NCBI GenBank assembly: GCA_963674755.2
Contig: CAXXVS010000002.1
Location: 672,001-736,000 of the forward strand
DNA: 64,000 bases
From: Desulfobacterales bacterium
GTDB taxonomy: Bacteria; Desulfobacterota; Desulfobacteria; Desulfobacterales; UBA5852
Direction of reading: 5' to 3'
A program made the position numbers and the translations under genes. Below, in pieces: positions 31,153-40,174 of this stretch. Each line of letters opens with the position of its first letter. The first letter of the stretch is position 1. The notes beneath the pieces are model-generated. The model was not told where the DNA came from, did not search any database, and worked only from the letters and a program-made list of their open reading frames with translations.

Positions 31153-33057
31153 CTAAAAGTCGCTTGCCAGCATGGCAGTTGCCTCATTCGCAAATGACGC
31201 CTTGGGCGCCTTGGCCTTCGGGGGCTTTTTCCCCGTGATTGACGCTCTCCCGGAGGAGCCCTCCACAATCTCCACAAGTTCGTTCACCACGCTTTTCATG
31301 TGCTCGGCCTGTGCGCTCATCTCTTCCGACGCCGAAGCGGATTCCTCGGCCGTGGCGGCGTTGCCTTGAACCACCTTGTCCATTTCACTCACGGCGGTGT
31401 TGATCTGCTCGACGCCCTGAGCCTGTTCACCGGAGGCGGCGGCTATTTCGGCCACCAGATCCCCCACCTTGGCGGTGGATGAGCCGATTTTGCCGAATGC
31501 CTCGTTGGTGCTTTTGACGATATCGACGCCGTTCTGAACGCGCCGGGTGGTGCCTTCAATAAGATCCGACGTATTTTTGGCAGCCTCGGCTGCGCGCATG
31601 GCAAGGTTGCGGACCTCGTCGGCCACGACCGCAAACCCGGCCCCGGCCTCACCAGCCCGCGCCGCCTCGACGGCCGCGTTCAGGGCCAGCAGATTGGTCT
31701 GGAAGGCTACGTCATCGATCGTTTTCACGATTTTTTGGGTCTCGTCACTGGCCTTGGCGATGTTGTCCATTGACCGGGTCAGTTCCGACATTTGCGACGT
31801 GCCTTCCGACACCACCTTATTGGTCTCCCGCATCAGGGTGTCGGCCTGACGCGCGTTGTCGCTGTTTTGACGGGTCATGGAGGACATCTCTTCAAGCGAG
31901 GAGGAGGTTTCCTCGATGCCGGCCGCCTGTTCGGAGGAGCCCTCCGCCAGGGACTGACTGGCCGAGGAGACCTGCACCGAGGCGGAGGCCACCTGATCGG
32001 CGCCCGCATCGAGCACCTGGATGATGCGCCGGACCGGCTTGGTGATGGATCTGATGAAAATGAATCCGATGATTCCCCCCAGAAGACAGGCGATGACCGT
32101 GACCACGATGGCGGACCATCGCGCGCCGGATCCGGTTGAACGCATGCGCTCTTTCGCCGTTGTCTGAATCTGAGTCATGCGATCGATAATGCCACCAAGT
32201 TTCACCTTGACCGCATCAATGGCGGCGACAGTATCGGTATTGAGGATCTCGTGAGCTTTCGCCTGGGCGGCATCAATGGCCTCTTCCGCCTCGATGACCG
32301 TCTGGAAGTGATTTTGAACCTGTTCCAGGGCCGGGATGGTCACGGTCTTATAAAGCGCGACGCTCCGGGCATAATCCCCCTGCCGCACCGAGGCGGCGAT
32401 GCTGCCGGCGGATGCATGCAGCTTTTCATGGGGGCCTTTGATCGCCTCCATCGCGGAGCGCAGTTCAGGAAAATCCTGCGCATACCGTTCATATTCCCCG
32501 CTTGACAGGAATTTCCCCAGTCCGCAAAGGTGATGATCCAGTTGCACTTTGCGATCGGGATTGCGCTCGATGACGATCAGCGCGACCTGCGCCGCCCATT
32601 GACGGTGGGCGTCCAGCAGGTCCTTTAATTTGATCAGCAGTCCGTCATGCCGCTGCCGCCACGTTTTTTTGATGGCCATGCCGGAATCATGGAGGCGTTT
32701 GTGAGGCGCTTTGATCTCATTCAAAAGAGCCGCGAGTTCGGGGTCGCTTTTGGCTAATTTCTCAGCCTCCTCTCCATAAAGGAATTTGCCGAGGCCGCAT
32801 TGGGTGTGATCAAGCTCAACCTCAAGGGTTTTGGCGTTTTCCATGAACATGTCTTCAACGCTGGCCAACCAACTAAGATGATCCGCTTCCTTCTCAAGCA
32901 GAAAAGCCTGGCGATCCGCTGCATCGGAAAACTGGTTGCTGGATGAAAGGATGTTGTTGATGGACCAGATGGAACTGGCCGCGACAATCCCGACCGCCAA
33001 CAGCAACAAACCGGTGAAGCCCCATAGTTTCGTACCGAGCTTGTATCGCTTTCGCAT
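31153..33057 (-). CDS. methyl-accepting chemotaxis protein with two CZB domains between its TM helices
   Basis: [31 protein letters not shown] pattern occurs twice. Confidence 0.92.
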   Translation of the reverse strand: MRKRYKLGTKLWGFTGLLLLAVGIVAASSIWSINNILSSSNQFSDAADRQAFLLEKEADHLSWLASVEDMFMENAKTLEVELDHTQCGLGKFLYGEEAEKLAKSDPELAALLNEIKAPHKRLHDSGMAIKKTWRQRHDGLLIKLKDLLDAHRQWAAQVALIVIERNPDRKVQLDHHLCGLGKFLSSGEYERYAQDFPELRSAMEAIKGPHEKLHASAGSIAASVRQGDYARSVALYKTVTIPALEQVQNHFQTVIEAEEAIDAAQAKAHEILNTDTVAAIDAVKVKLGGIIDRMTQIQTTAKERMRSTGSGARWSAIVVTVIACLLGGIIGFIFIRSITKPVRRIIQVLDAGADQVASASVQVSSASQSLAEGSSEQAAGIEETSSSLEEMSSMTRQNSDNARQADTLMRETNKVVSEGTSQMSELTRSMDNIAKASDETQKIVKTIDDVAFQTNLLALNAAVEAARAGEAGAGFAVVADEVRNLAMRAAEAAKNTSDLIEGTTRRVQNGVDIVKSTNEAFGKIGSSTAKVGDLVAEIAAASGEQAQGVEQINTAVSEMDKVVQGNAATAEESASASEEMSAQAEHMKSVVNELVEIVEGSSGRASITGKKPPKAKAPKASFANEATAMLASDF

Positions 33058-33444
33058 GATATTTTTACCTCTCCCGCGAGTCTGATGGTGGGTACAAGCG
33101 GCGGGTTGCCCGCCAGCCGGCTTAACGGTCCGTCATTGCAACGGACCTGAGTGTTTCGTGTTTCGCCCGTTTTTAGGAAAAACATTAGGAAAATTGAGAT
33201 CTCCGGGAAATCCCAACGAAAAACTAACAATGGAGAAAACGGCGGGGAATGGGGAGTTGGAAGGCCGGGTGTCGACCGGGACAAATTTTCTGCTTTCCAA
33301 CCCGTTAAGGGAAGGGTGGAAGGCAATGAGGTCGCTTTGGGAAACGGTCGCCGGGGTAAACCGCTTCCCATGCAATGGCGCCTGCAAGACACCTCCCAGA
33401 TGCCGCCGGAGCTGGCCGAAAAGCGCCTTTTTCCGGGCGAGTCT

Positions 33445-33461
33445 CCCCGGCTTAGCCGGGG
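33445..33461. repeat. perfect palindrome CCCCGGC-TTA-GCCGGGG
   Basis: Read directly; 11 bp left of element copy 2; resembles IS200/IS605 end hairpins. Confidence 0.6.
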
Positions 33462-33472
33462 GGTTACCCAGG

Positions 33473-33591
33473 TCAATTATGGTTGAATATGCATAAAAAA
33501 TATGACCTCTGGGGAATGGTGGTTTGAGGTCCGGAAGAGAGTAGGTATGCCGTATTTTTGCAGGGGAGCTGGTACTTGTCTCTCGTGGCTA
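33473..33591 (+). repeat. dispersed element copy 2 (left ~120 bp)
   Basis: Near-identical to 26599-26716. Confidence 0.9.
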
Positions 33592-33614
33592 TGTGAACTG
33601 CAACAGTGAACAGT

Positions 33615-33836
33615 TCAATTTCTTAAAATTACACCGATAAACATGATTAAAGAGGCAACAAAGCACATAGAGATCCCAATTATTAATATGTTCCCGTATT
33701 CTTCTACGCGTCTGGCTCTTCGCTTTTCCTTTTTTCCAGTCCAATTGAACCAGCCGTTATAATAAGATAACCCCCAAATTCCTCCCCCAAAAGAAATTAG
33801 AGTTTCAATAATATTTATAATTGTAGAGGAATCCAT
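33615..33836 (-). CDS. small two-TM hypothetical protein (cassette gene)
   Basis: Low-GC ORF bounded by complementary TATGTGAA / TTCACATA. Confidence 0.6.
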   Translation of the reverse strand: MDSSTIINIIETLISFGGGIWGLSYYNGWFNWTGKKEKRRARRVEEYGNILIIGISMCFVASLIMFIGVILRN

Positions 33837-33848
33837 ATAATATTTTTC

Positions 33849-33911
33849 ACATATCACTTAGCTGTGTGGTTGTGCGGGTGTTTGCGCATCCACACCAGCG
33901 CCATGTTGTGC
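33849..33911 (-). mobile_element. degenerate integron attC site
   Basis: R'' GCACAAC, arms GCTGGTGTGG / CCACACAGC, R' GATATGT (GTT changed to GAT), 63 bp. Confidence 0.65.
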
Positions 33912-34282
33912 TTTTTTGGTAGCATCTTTTCTATTTCGAAGCCTTAATCCAACAAACCCACTTATAAGGATAACAGGCAATGATAAAACCATAATAAATA
34001 AAATCTCAAAACCCCAAAGATTCCTATCGATGCTCACATCAGTTATTGCATCAGCATATATTCCGAAAGGAATCAAAATATATATTATTGCAGGACAAAG
34101 TAACGGGATATTGGAGTCTTTACAGATAATATCAATACAACTGGTAAAATGATGATTACCAGAAAAAGTATCGTGCCTGTGATTGTGTCGGATACAGCAT
34201 TCAAATAGAAACCGATAGAGAATCCAACTGTTGCAGAGACTACCCAAATCACTATTGAAAGATAAATTTTCTTATTTTTCAT
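33858..34282 (-). pseudogene. frameshifted four-TM membrane protein (cassette gene)
   Basis: N-terminal half in ORF 34085-34282 and C-terminal half in ORF 33858-34247; shift near 34110-34125. Confidence 0.6.
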
Positions 34283-34290
34283 ATTTCAGA

Positions 34291-34372
34291 GTACAACTAA
34301 TGATTAACAGGAATTTATGCCGAATATTGAATATTGGCGGAAATTTGGTTTTAGCCCGACCTTAGCTTAGGC
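34291..34372 (-). mobile_element. degenerate attC-like site
   Basis: GCCTAA(G)C contains the upstream stop codon; inner GCCAATATT/AATATTCGGC; R' GTTGTAC nearly complements the next R'' GCACAAC. Confidence 0.5.
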
Positions 34373-34564
34373 ATCGTGAATGATTTTTGGCAGTATATAT
34401 TTGCCGTCTTTAATGTATACTATGCCTTGTTCTACGTATTGGTCCATGAGGCTGAAAAACAGATCTTCATCGCTGCGTGGATCATTGGGATAACTTTTTC
34501 GGTATTCATCTATTGCGTGCTTAATGAAAGCCACCCAATTTTGTTTATCTGTTTTATCCTGCAT
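34367..34564 (-). CDS. small hypothetical protein (cassette-like)
   Basis: Low-GC 65-aa ORF ending in the attC-like R'' box. Confidence 0.55.
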   Translation of the reverse strand: MQDKTDKQNWVAFIKHAIDEYRKSYPNDPRSDEDLFFSLMDQYVEQGIVYIKDGKYILPKIIHDA

Positions 34565-34619
34565 AAAATAGTTCGGTCACTACTAAAGATTAGAGGTTAA
34601 GGGCGTCCCCTCGATTCTC

Positions 34620-34693
34620 CCGTATTTTTGCAGGGGAGCTGGTACTTTTCTATCGTGGCTAAGCTATATTTATATATGAATGGACGTCCCTAG
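34620..34693 (+). repeat. dispersed element copy 3 (right ~75 bp)
   Basis: ccgtatttttgcaggggagctggtactt...aagctatatttatatatgaatg..gtccctag matches copy 1. Confidence 0.9.
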
Positions 34694-34700
34694 AACGGCC

Positions 34701-35369
34701 CTATTCAGTTTCAAAATGCGGCGATATAATATCCCATAAATCACCTATTAATGTATCATAGTCCTCTTTTGATTTGATGTTGGCAAAACGCATCTTTACA
34801 CCTTGTAGCTCTCTATAACTAATAAAACAGGCAGCAGTGGCGGAAATTCGATCGAAATAAATAATTCTAGCATGGATAGTAATCCTGCGTAAAGTCTCAA
34901 ATAAAATAACATTAAAAATGATTGCCATTAAAATGAGTAGATAATTAGCAGTAATTTTGGAAATGGATTTTAATCGCCTTGCCGTCTCCTCATCTACAGC
35001 TTGATTAAAAGCCTTTATATCTTTAATGTCCATTCCCGCATCCATTTCCTGGGATATCTTTTGCCTGAATTCCTCCTTAAAATTATCATGCAAAGCTAAG
35101 CGAGCTACAAAGCTGAGACCAATTGAGAAAAAAAAGAACGTCAATAATAAGATGATCTGTTGGCCATAAAATGCTGACCGCCTTGCAACCTGACGATATA
35201 AAGAGTTTTGTAACTTTTTAATACCTAGTGTGGAAATCCGGCCCAAAGTATTAATTAGTTTTTTTGATGGGTCCTCAAGCACTAAATTCCAAAGACCACT
35301 ACCTAAAGCCCCTAAAATAATTGTGCCCAGTATTCCACCAATCCACAATAAAGACGTCGGTATTTCCAC
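34701..35369 (-). CDS. hypothetical three-TM membrane protein
   Basis: Low-GC 222-aa ORF; N-terminal TIILGALGSGLW helix. Confidence 0.75.
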   Translation of the reverse strand: MEIPTSLLWIGGILGTIILGALGSGLWNLVLEDPSKKLINTLGRISTLGIKKLQNSLYRQVARRSAFYGQQIILLLTFFFFSIGLSFVARLALHDNFKEEFRQKISQEMDAGMDIKDIKAFNQAVDEETARRLKSISKITANYLLILMAIIFNVILFETLRRITIHARIIYFDRISATAACFISYRELQGVKMRFANIKSKEDYDTLIGDLWDIISPHFETE

Positions 35370-35511
35370 TAATTAATCCCCCGCTATTCGTTAAAAATAA
35401 TCGATCCTATACGGGAAATGGTATTTTGCGGCGTCTGGGTCTGATAGCCATTTGGTTATTGAATCCATAATTTAAAACAAATATTATTGCGAATAATTAA
35501 TAATTAAGATG

Positions 35512-35545
35512 CGACCCTATTCAGTTCCCGACCCTATTCAGTTCC
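35512..35545 (+). repeat. 17-bp tandem repeat CGACCCTATTCAGTTCC x2 (third 15/17 copy at 34696-34712)
   Basis: Read directly. Confidence 0.9.
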
Positions 35546-35564
35546 TCCTCCAGAATGGTTCATC

Positions 35565-37334
35565 TTAGGCGTTTATAAGCTCATCAATTTGATCAAAAAG
35601 TAATCTAAAACTTTGAAACTCAGAAGCATCAACATTGTCAACTAATTTTTCAGCGAATTCGGTTTTGTTTTTCTTTCTAATACCAAAAATATTTGAGTCA
35701 GGTGCAATTTTGTCACCCTTCAATTTATATTTATTAATAATCTTATTATCAAAATAATGTTCTAGTACTAAATATCTATGAATTATTTTACCCCCAACAA
35801 AGTCAATCCTAATATCGGGAACAGGTAAAATTAGACCATAAATTTTCTTTTTTTTATGTTTTCGATAAATCTTACTCAAAGCGTGATCGTGAAATATCTT
35901 TTTGCTTAAACCCTTAAACTGTTCATTGCCTTCACGATCATTGTCAAAAAGTCCAATAATTGTTTTTGCATCATCAATCATTGGAGAAATAAGTTCTATA
36001 GATCTTTTAACCTGATCTGCATTCCCATCGCTTTCATTAAAACACAGATACACACCTGAAGGATATATCTCATAAGGAATAGTATGGTTAGGATGTAGCT
36101 TATACCAAGCCTTTTCAATTAACAGTTTATCAGTTTTTCCTTCGACTATAATTATTGGCGCAGAATATGTTTTTATTTTTTCTGCCAATAATTCTTTTTC
36201 CTTAACGATATTTCGATAATCTTGAATAAATTCCTTCTGTGCTAATAATATTCCAAGTTCATCATATAATTTTAGCTTAGTTTCATTTTTAAATAGATTT
36301 TCCATATTTTCTAACTGAGTTGACCCATAATTATCCTTAACCAACTTAAAAATTTCAGGAACATTTTTGATATTTTCAGGGGGATTTATAAATGCAAGAG
36401 AATGTGTCGTCAAAAATATTTGATTAGATGTTGAATAGTCATTAAAAAACAGTCGGGCCAATTTATCTGCCAAGCCAAATTCTAAAGAGTTTTCAGGCTC
36501 ATCAATACCCCAGATAAACTCCTTAGTTTTATCATTGTTGTCCAACCATTTCAACAGTGGTGGAATATATTTGCTTTTTAAGCCTTCTCCACGATTCAAT
36601 AATGATATGAAAAATTGAGAAGGGTTCAATTTCTTTTTGCTATTGCTTCCCTTGATTTCAAGATTAAGTCTTTCAAATTGTTCATACGATGTGTTGACAG
36701 TTAATTTTTGCCAAAAATCTGAAAGCAATGTTGGCAATCCGAAATTAGTTCCAATATGTATTTCAGACTTATTTAGGATCTCTTTAAGGTCCTTAGTTTT
36801 ATCAGAAATATTATTGTTTAAAGACATAATATCTTGATCAGTTATAAGTTGCTGCTCTCCAATAAGGGAAAGGAGATATTGTAAAACAAATTCTCCTTTT
36901 AATGCCGGGATATAAACATATTTAATTTTGTTTATTATCCGTTTAATAGAGGTCTTCTTTTTTATATCATCGGTACTAAACCGTTCTGATCGTTCCCCTG
37001 CTCGATCATACTGTCTCTCAATAAAAACATTCTTTTCATCGGACAAGCTTATATACGTTGCTGGTGGGTTTAAAAATAACCTTATTCTTATAAGTTGCTT
37101 CATTTTTGTAGAGCGGGTGGCTTTAGCCCTAGAAACTTTATTGTAATCATCTTCAAATTTAAGCGGTTTAAAAAAATCTGTCTGATTGTTAAAAAATAAA
37201 TTTAATGCTTTTAAAATATTTGATTTACCAATATCATTAGACCCTGAAAATACATTGATCTCTTTAACTTCAAAAGATACACTTTCAATTGACCTGAAAC
37301 TATTAATTTCAATTTTATTTATTAGGTCATTCAT
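35565..37334 (-). CDS. ABC-type ATPase fused to TOPRIM domain (OLD/GajA-like nuclease)
   Basis: GSNDIGKS Walker A, IDEPENSL Walker B, FLTTHS H-loop; IIVEGKTD and FDND TOPRIM motifs; very low GC. Confidence 0.85.
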   Translation of the reverse strand: MNDLINKIEINSFRSIESVSFEVKEINVFSGSNDIGKSNILKALNLFFNNQTDFFKPLKFEDDYNKVSRAKATRSTKMKQLIRIRLFLNPPATYISLSDEKNVFIERQYDRAGERSERFSTDDIKKKTSIKRIINKIKYVYIPALKGEFVLQYLLSLIGEQQLITDQDIMSLNNNISDKTKDLKEILNKSEIHIGTNFGLPTLLSDFWQKLTVNTSYEQFERLNLEIKGSNSKKKLNPSQFFISLLNRGEGLKSKYIPPLLKWLDNNDKTKEFIWGIDEPENSLEFGLADKLARLFFNDYSTSNQIFLTTHSLAFINPPENIKNVPEIFKLVKDNYGSTQLENMENLFKNETKLKLYDELGILLAQKEFIQDYRNIVKEKELLAEKIKTYSAPIIIVEGKTDKLLIEKAWYKLHPNHTIPYEIYPSGVYLCFNESDGNADQVKRSIELISPMIDDAKTIIGLFDNDREGNEQFKGLSKKIFHDHALSKIYRKHKKKKIYGLILPVPDIRIDFVGGKIIHRYLVLEHYFDNKIINKYKLKGDKIAPDSNIFGIRKKNKTEFAEKLVDNVDASEFQSFRLLFDQIDELINA

Positions 37335-37387
37335 AAATTTTTCATTTCTGATAATCTGATTGTCAAAAAGGCTTGTGATAGTTTTGA

Positions 37388-37738
37388 TTATATTTCACTC
37401 TGGCTAATATCTTCTGCGAAAACATCTATGTGCTGTTTGTTATTGTGAGCACAACCACAAAAAAAGGCAGTTCCCGGTTGGTTTATCGTTATTGAAAGTG
37501 TTTTTTCGGTTTCGGCCAGGACTGATTGTTTTATTGCCGAGTCCTGGGAATCGGCGATGGCTGGTTTTATTTGTGGGGCTGGGATCTGGGTGGAGATGGG
37601 GGTTTGGGTTACTGATAGCGGGATGGTCGCGAGTATTAGGACTGTAGCCAGTTTGAGGTAGTGGCTTTGGGGTTTGGATATGGGTTTGGCCTCTTTGAAA
37701 AGCCTTTCCACGCGGGCTTCTATGGTAGCGGGGTCCAT
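37388..37738 (-). pseudogene. possible truncated endonuclease I (EndA-like) N-terminus
   Basis: Hydrophobic stretch then TAFFCGC resembling EndA TFYCGC; ORF ends where the low-GC block starts. Confidence 0.35.
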
Positions 37739-37925
37739 GCATACCTCCACATCAGATTAATGGTTTGAGGTATCTTATCGTTTGGACCGCGTTGCGCGGG
37801 TATGACGAGGAGCCGGCTTTTGAGATGTATCAGCAGGGGATCGCGAGAACACTACCAAAATCGACGCTGAAATGCAAATTTTTGCATCAATTTCGAAAGG
37901 AATTGGAGTAAGTGGCAAAAAGTGT

Positions 37926-38001
37926 TGGTGCCCCCGGCAAGAATCGAACTTGCGGCACATGGATTAGGAATCCAATGCTCTATCCACTGAGCTACGGGGG
38001 C
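37926..38001 (-). tRNA. tRNA-Arg(CCT)
   Basis: GCCCCCGTAGCTCAGTGGATAGAGCA..TTCCTAA..GTTCGATTC..GGGGGCACCA, 76 nt with encoded CCA. Confidence 0.96.
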
Positions 38002-38139
38002 TTGGAAGTGCTGTAGAGGTCCTGCGGATACCAGATTGCGGGATTTTATGCAAGCCCTCAGAACCCCTTAAATCAGGTCGCATAGATACATTCCCTAAGC
38101 CATTTGTTGAAGCGCCGGCCATTATGGCTGCAATCCAAT

Positions 38140-38186
38140 AAAAGACAAAGGCCCCACCGTGAATACGGCGGAGCCTTTGTCTTTTT
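38140..38186. terminator. rho-independent terminator
   Basis: aaaagacaaaggc...gcctttgtctttt inverted repeat downstream of 38220-38738. Confidence 0.75.
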
Positions 38187-38219
38187 GTCAGAATTTACGA
38201 TTGCGTCAAAGCCACCAAG

Positions 38220-38738
38220 TTATTTTGGAGGCAGCTTATAAGATCCAGTGACTTTGACCACCTGATCTCCTTTGGTCACTTTGTTGTAAGGGGTAATGTA
38301 GTAGCCGGAAAACGAAAAATCCCCTTCAATACCTTCATACGCTCCGGTCCCTTTATTCCATCTACCTGTACCTTCAAGGGCCGGCATCTTTTTGCCCTTG
38401 GGTATCCCTACGGTCAGCGTCCATTTGGAAAATGCTTGGGATTTGTCCATAAAGGTCAAATCCGAATAGCCTTCGCAAGGGCCCATCCCTTTTGATACAT
38501 CACAAGTGTAACTTGTGTGATAAGCAGCCACTCTGCCATCCTCAAAGTTTGCCACCCCCCTACGCTCGCCAAGCATGAGCACATGCCCCTCGGCATCGGC
38601 CAAGGGGATGGTTTCAACCTTGGTTACATAGGAGTCGATCGTAAAATTTATCTCTTCTGCCCAGGCGAAACTTGAAGCAATACCCAAAGTGAAAATTATG
38701 GCTGCGGCAAAAACAATAGATTTAAACGTTGTTTTCAT
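38220..38738 (-). CDS. exported beta-rich hypothetical protein
   Basis: Signal peptide (AWA); GTGAYEGIEG motif of dirigent/AOC-like barrels. Confidence 0.75.
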   Translation of the reverse strand: MKTTFKSIVFAAAIIFTLGIASSFAWAEEINFTIDSYVTKVETIPLADAEGHVLMLGERRGVANFEDGRVAAYHTSYTCDVSKGMGPCEGYSDLTFMDKSQAFSKWTLTVGIPKGKKMPALEGTGRWNKGTGAYEGIEGDFSFSGYYITPYNKVTKGDQVVKVTGSYKLPPK

Positions 38739-38831
38739 CGATATCACCCCTTATGTTTCTATCCACGTAAAGGCCGGCTATCGCAACTAATGAATGGTTC
38801 GATAAGGATTACCGTCCTTACAATACCCATG

Positions 38832-39155
38832 CTATTTGGGCAGCGCCATGCCGAGCATGCCAAGGGCCTCTTCGACACTCCAGTTGATTTCGATCGTATA
38901 TTCGAACCCCGGAATCGTTTGAAACATTATCATGAAATCGGTCAGTCGTTTTAGAGCACCCTCCAGCTTACCCTCCTTTACCTCCAGGACACCCATGACT
39001 TTGAGCCCTTGATTTGTCGATTTAACGGCGGCCGGAATGAGCTCCTTAACCTGGTTCTCATCGACAGGGTGTTTTTGTAAGGCTTCAAAATACCTTTCGG
39101 CAACCTGCGTGGCTATATCACTGGGATAGGTCGATGTTGTGACAAGGTAAGGCAT
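38832..39155 (-). CDS. hypothetical protein (small alpha/beta)
   Basis: AAGGAGG RBS before ATG 39155. Confidence 0.75.
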   Translation of the reverse strand: MPYLVTTSTYPSDIATQVAERYFEALQKHPVDENQVKELIPAAVKSTNQGLKVMGVLEVKEGKLEGALKRLTDFMIMFQTIPGFEYTIEINWSVEEALGMLGMALPK

Positions 39156-39870
39156 GATGACCTCCTTTGGCTTCATAGATGGGTAGGAAGGATGAATTTG
39201 CAGTGAACCTTTCGTTCCCAAAGCCCCCAGAGGCAGGTCACCCCTGGAGGCCACGTAAAGGCAGTTTCAGGTGCCCTCGTATCATGGCCCTATCCTTTGT
39301 TAAGACAAATTTTGCCGGCTTTTTGGTGGGGGTTTTGATGGTTCAGCAGGTGTGGATCAAGCAGAGGATGTGAATTCTGGGGCGGGTTTAAAATAATTCG
39401 TGATTTAGAGGCAGGGCATGTCGTGCGTCGGATTTATTGCCTGTAAACCAAGTCGTATCAGGCTGTCAAATAGAAATGTGGCTCCCACTGTTCTTATCAG
39501 CAGGAGCCATCTCGGGCCGGCGGCGTGGAAAATTTTCAGCACAGAAAGATTGATCAGAGCCTGAACCTCCGCTCCTCCAGCGGCTGTTCCTCATCATCAC
39601 GATTATACGAAAAGGCGATCTGGGGGGTGGTGCTCCTGAGCATCATGGTGCCGATTATCGCGAGCAGGATTCCGACAAGTAGGCCGGCAATAGAGGACCA
39701 CTTTTTCCTCTCAATAAGCCTGTGGGCATTGAAGCCTCCAAGGCTGCCGGATGCATGTAGGCCAAAATTTCTGGTAAAGGATTGCTCCTCAGCGATCAGA
39801 ACGTCGCCGGCGACTGCAAGCTTATGGTAGTTATTGACCCCTCCAGGAAAGCCAAGCACACCCAGGACGA

Positions 39871-40110
39871 TTACACGCTTCTGATCGCATTAAACTCCTT
39901 GCGAACGGTTTCATAGTCAACGGCACCGGACGGCAATTTAGAACCACAGGGTCTTAAAAGAGCTGACCAAAAGCTTTCCTTTACCGCATACGCGTAGGCA
40001 TCCAATCCCATACCTCCGAAGGGCCCCTTCGGGATGATTAAGGCTCTTTTCTTTCCAAGCATCTGTAGTATCTTATCGCCAATGCTGGGATCTGGGATTT
40101 TAATCGTCAA
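39871..40110 (-). CDS. hypothetical protein
   Basis: 79-aa protein-like ORF with TTG start. Confidence 0.45.
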   Translation of the reverse strand: MTIKIPDPSIGDKILQMLGKKRALIIPKGPFGGMGLDAYAYAVKESFWSALLRPCGSKLPSGAVDYETVRKEFNAIRSV

Positions 40111-40174
40111 TTTACACGACCTTTTTTGAGGAGATATGTTAATTTATAGAAAGATTTGTTCATACCAAAATCAG

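Noticed and set aside
33065..33180. c-di-GMP riboswitch upstream of the MCP
   Set aside because: Hairpins are present but class I and class II core motifs are not matched
34696..35545. CRISPR-like repeat of the 17-mers
   Set aside because: Too short, no regular spacers, no cas genes
39180..39300. Riboswitch-like leader upstream of 38832-39155
   Set aside because: Some pairing but no recognisable aptamer consensus
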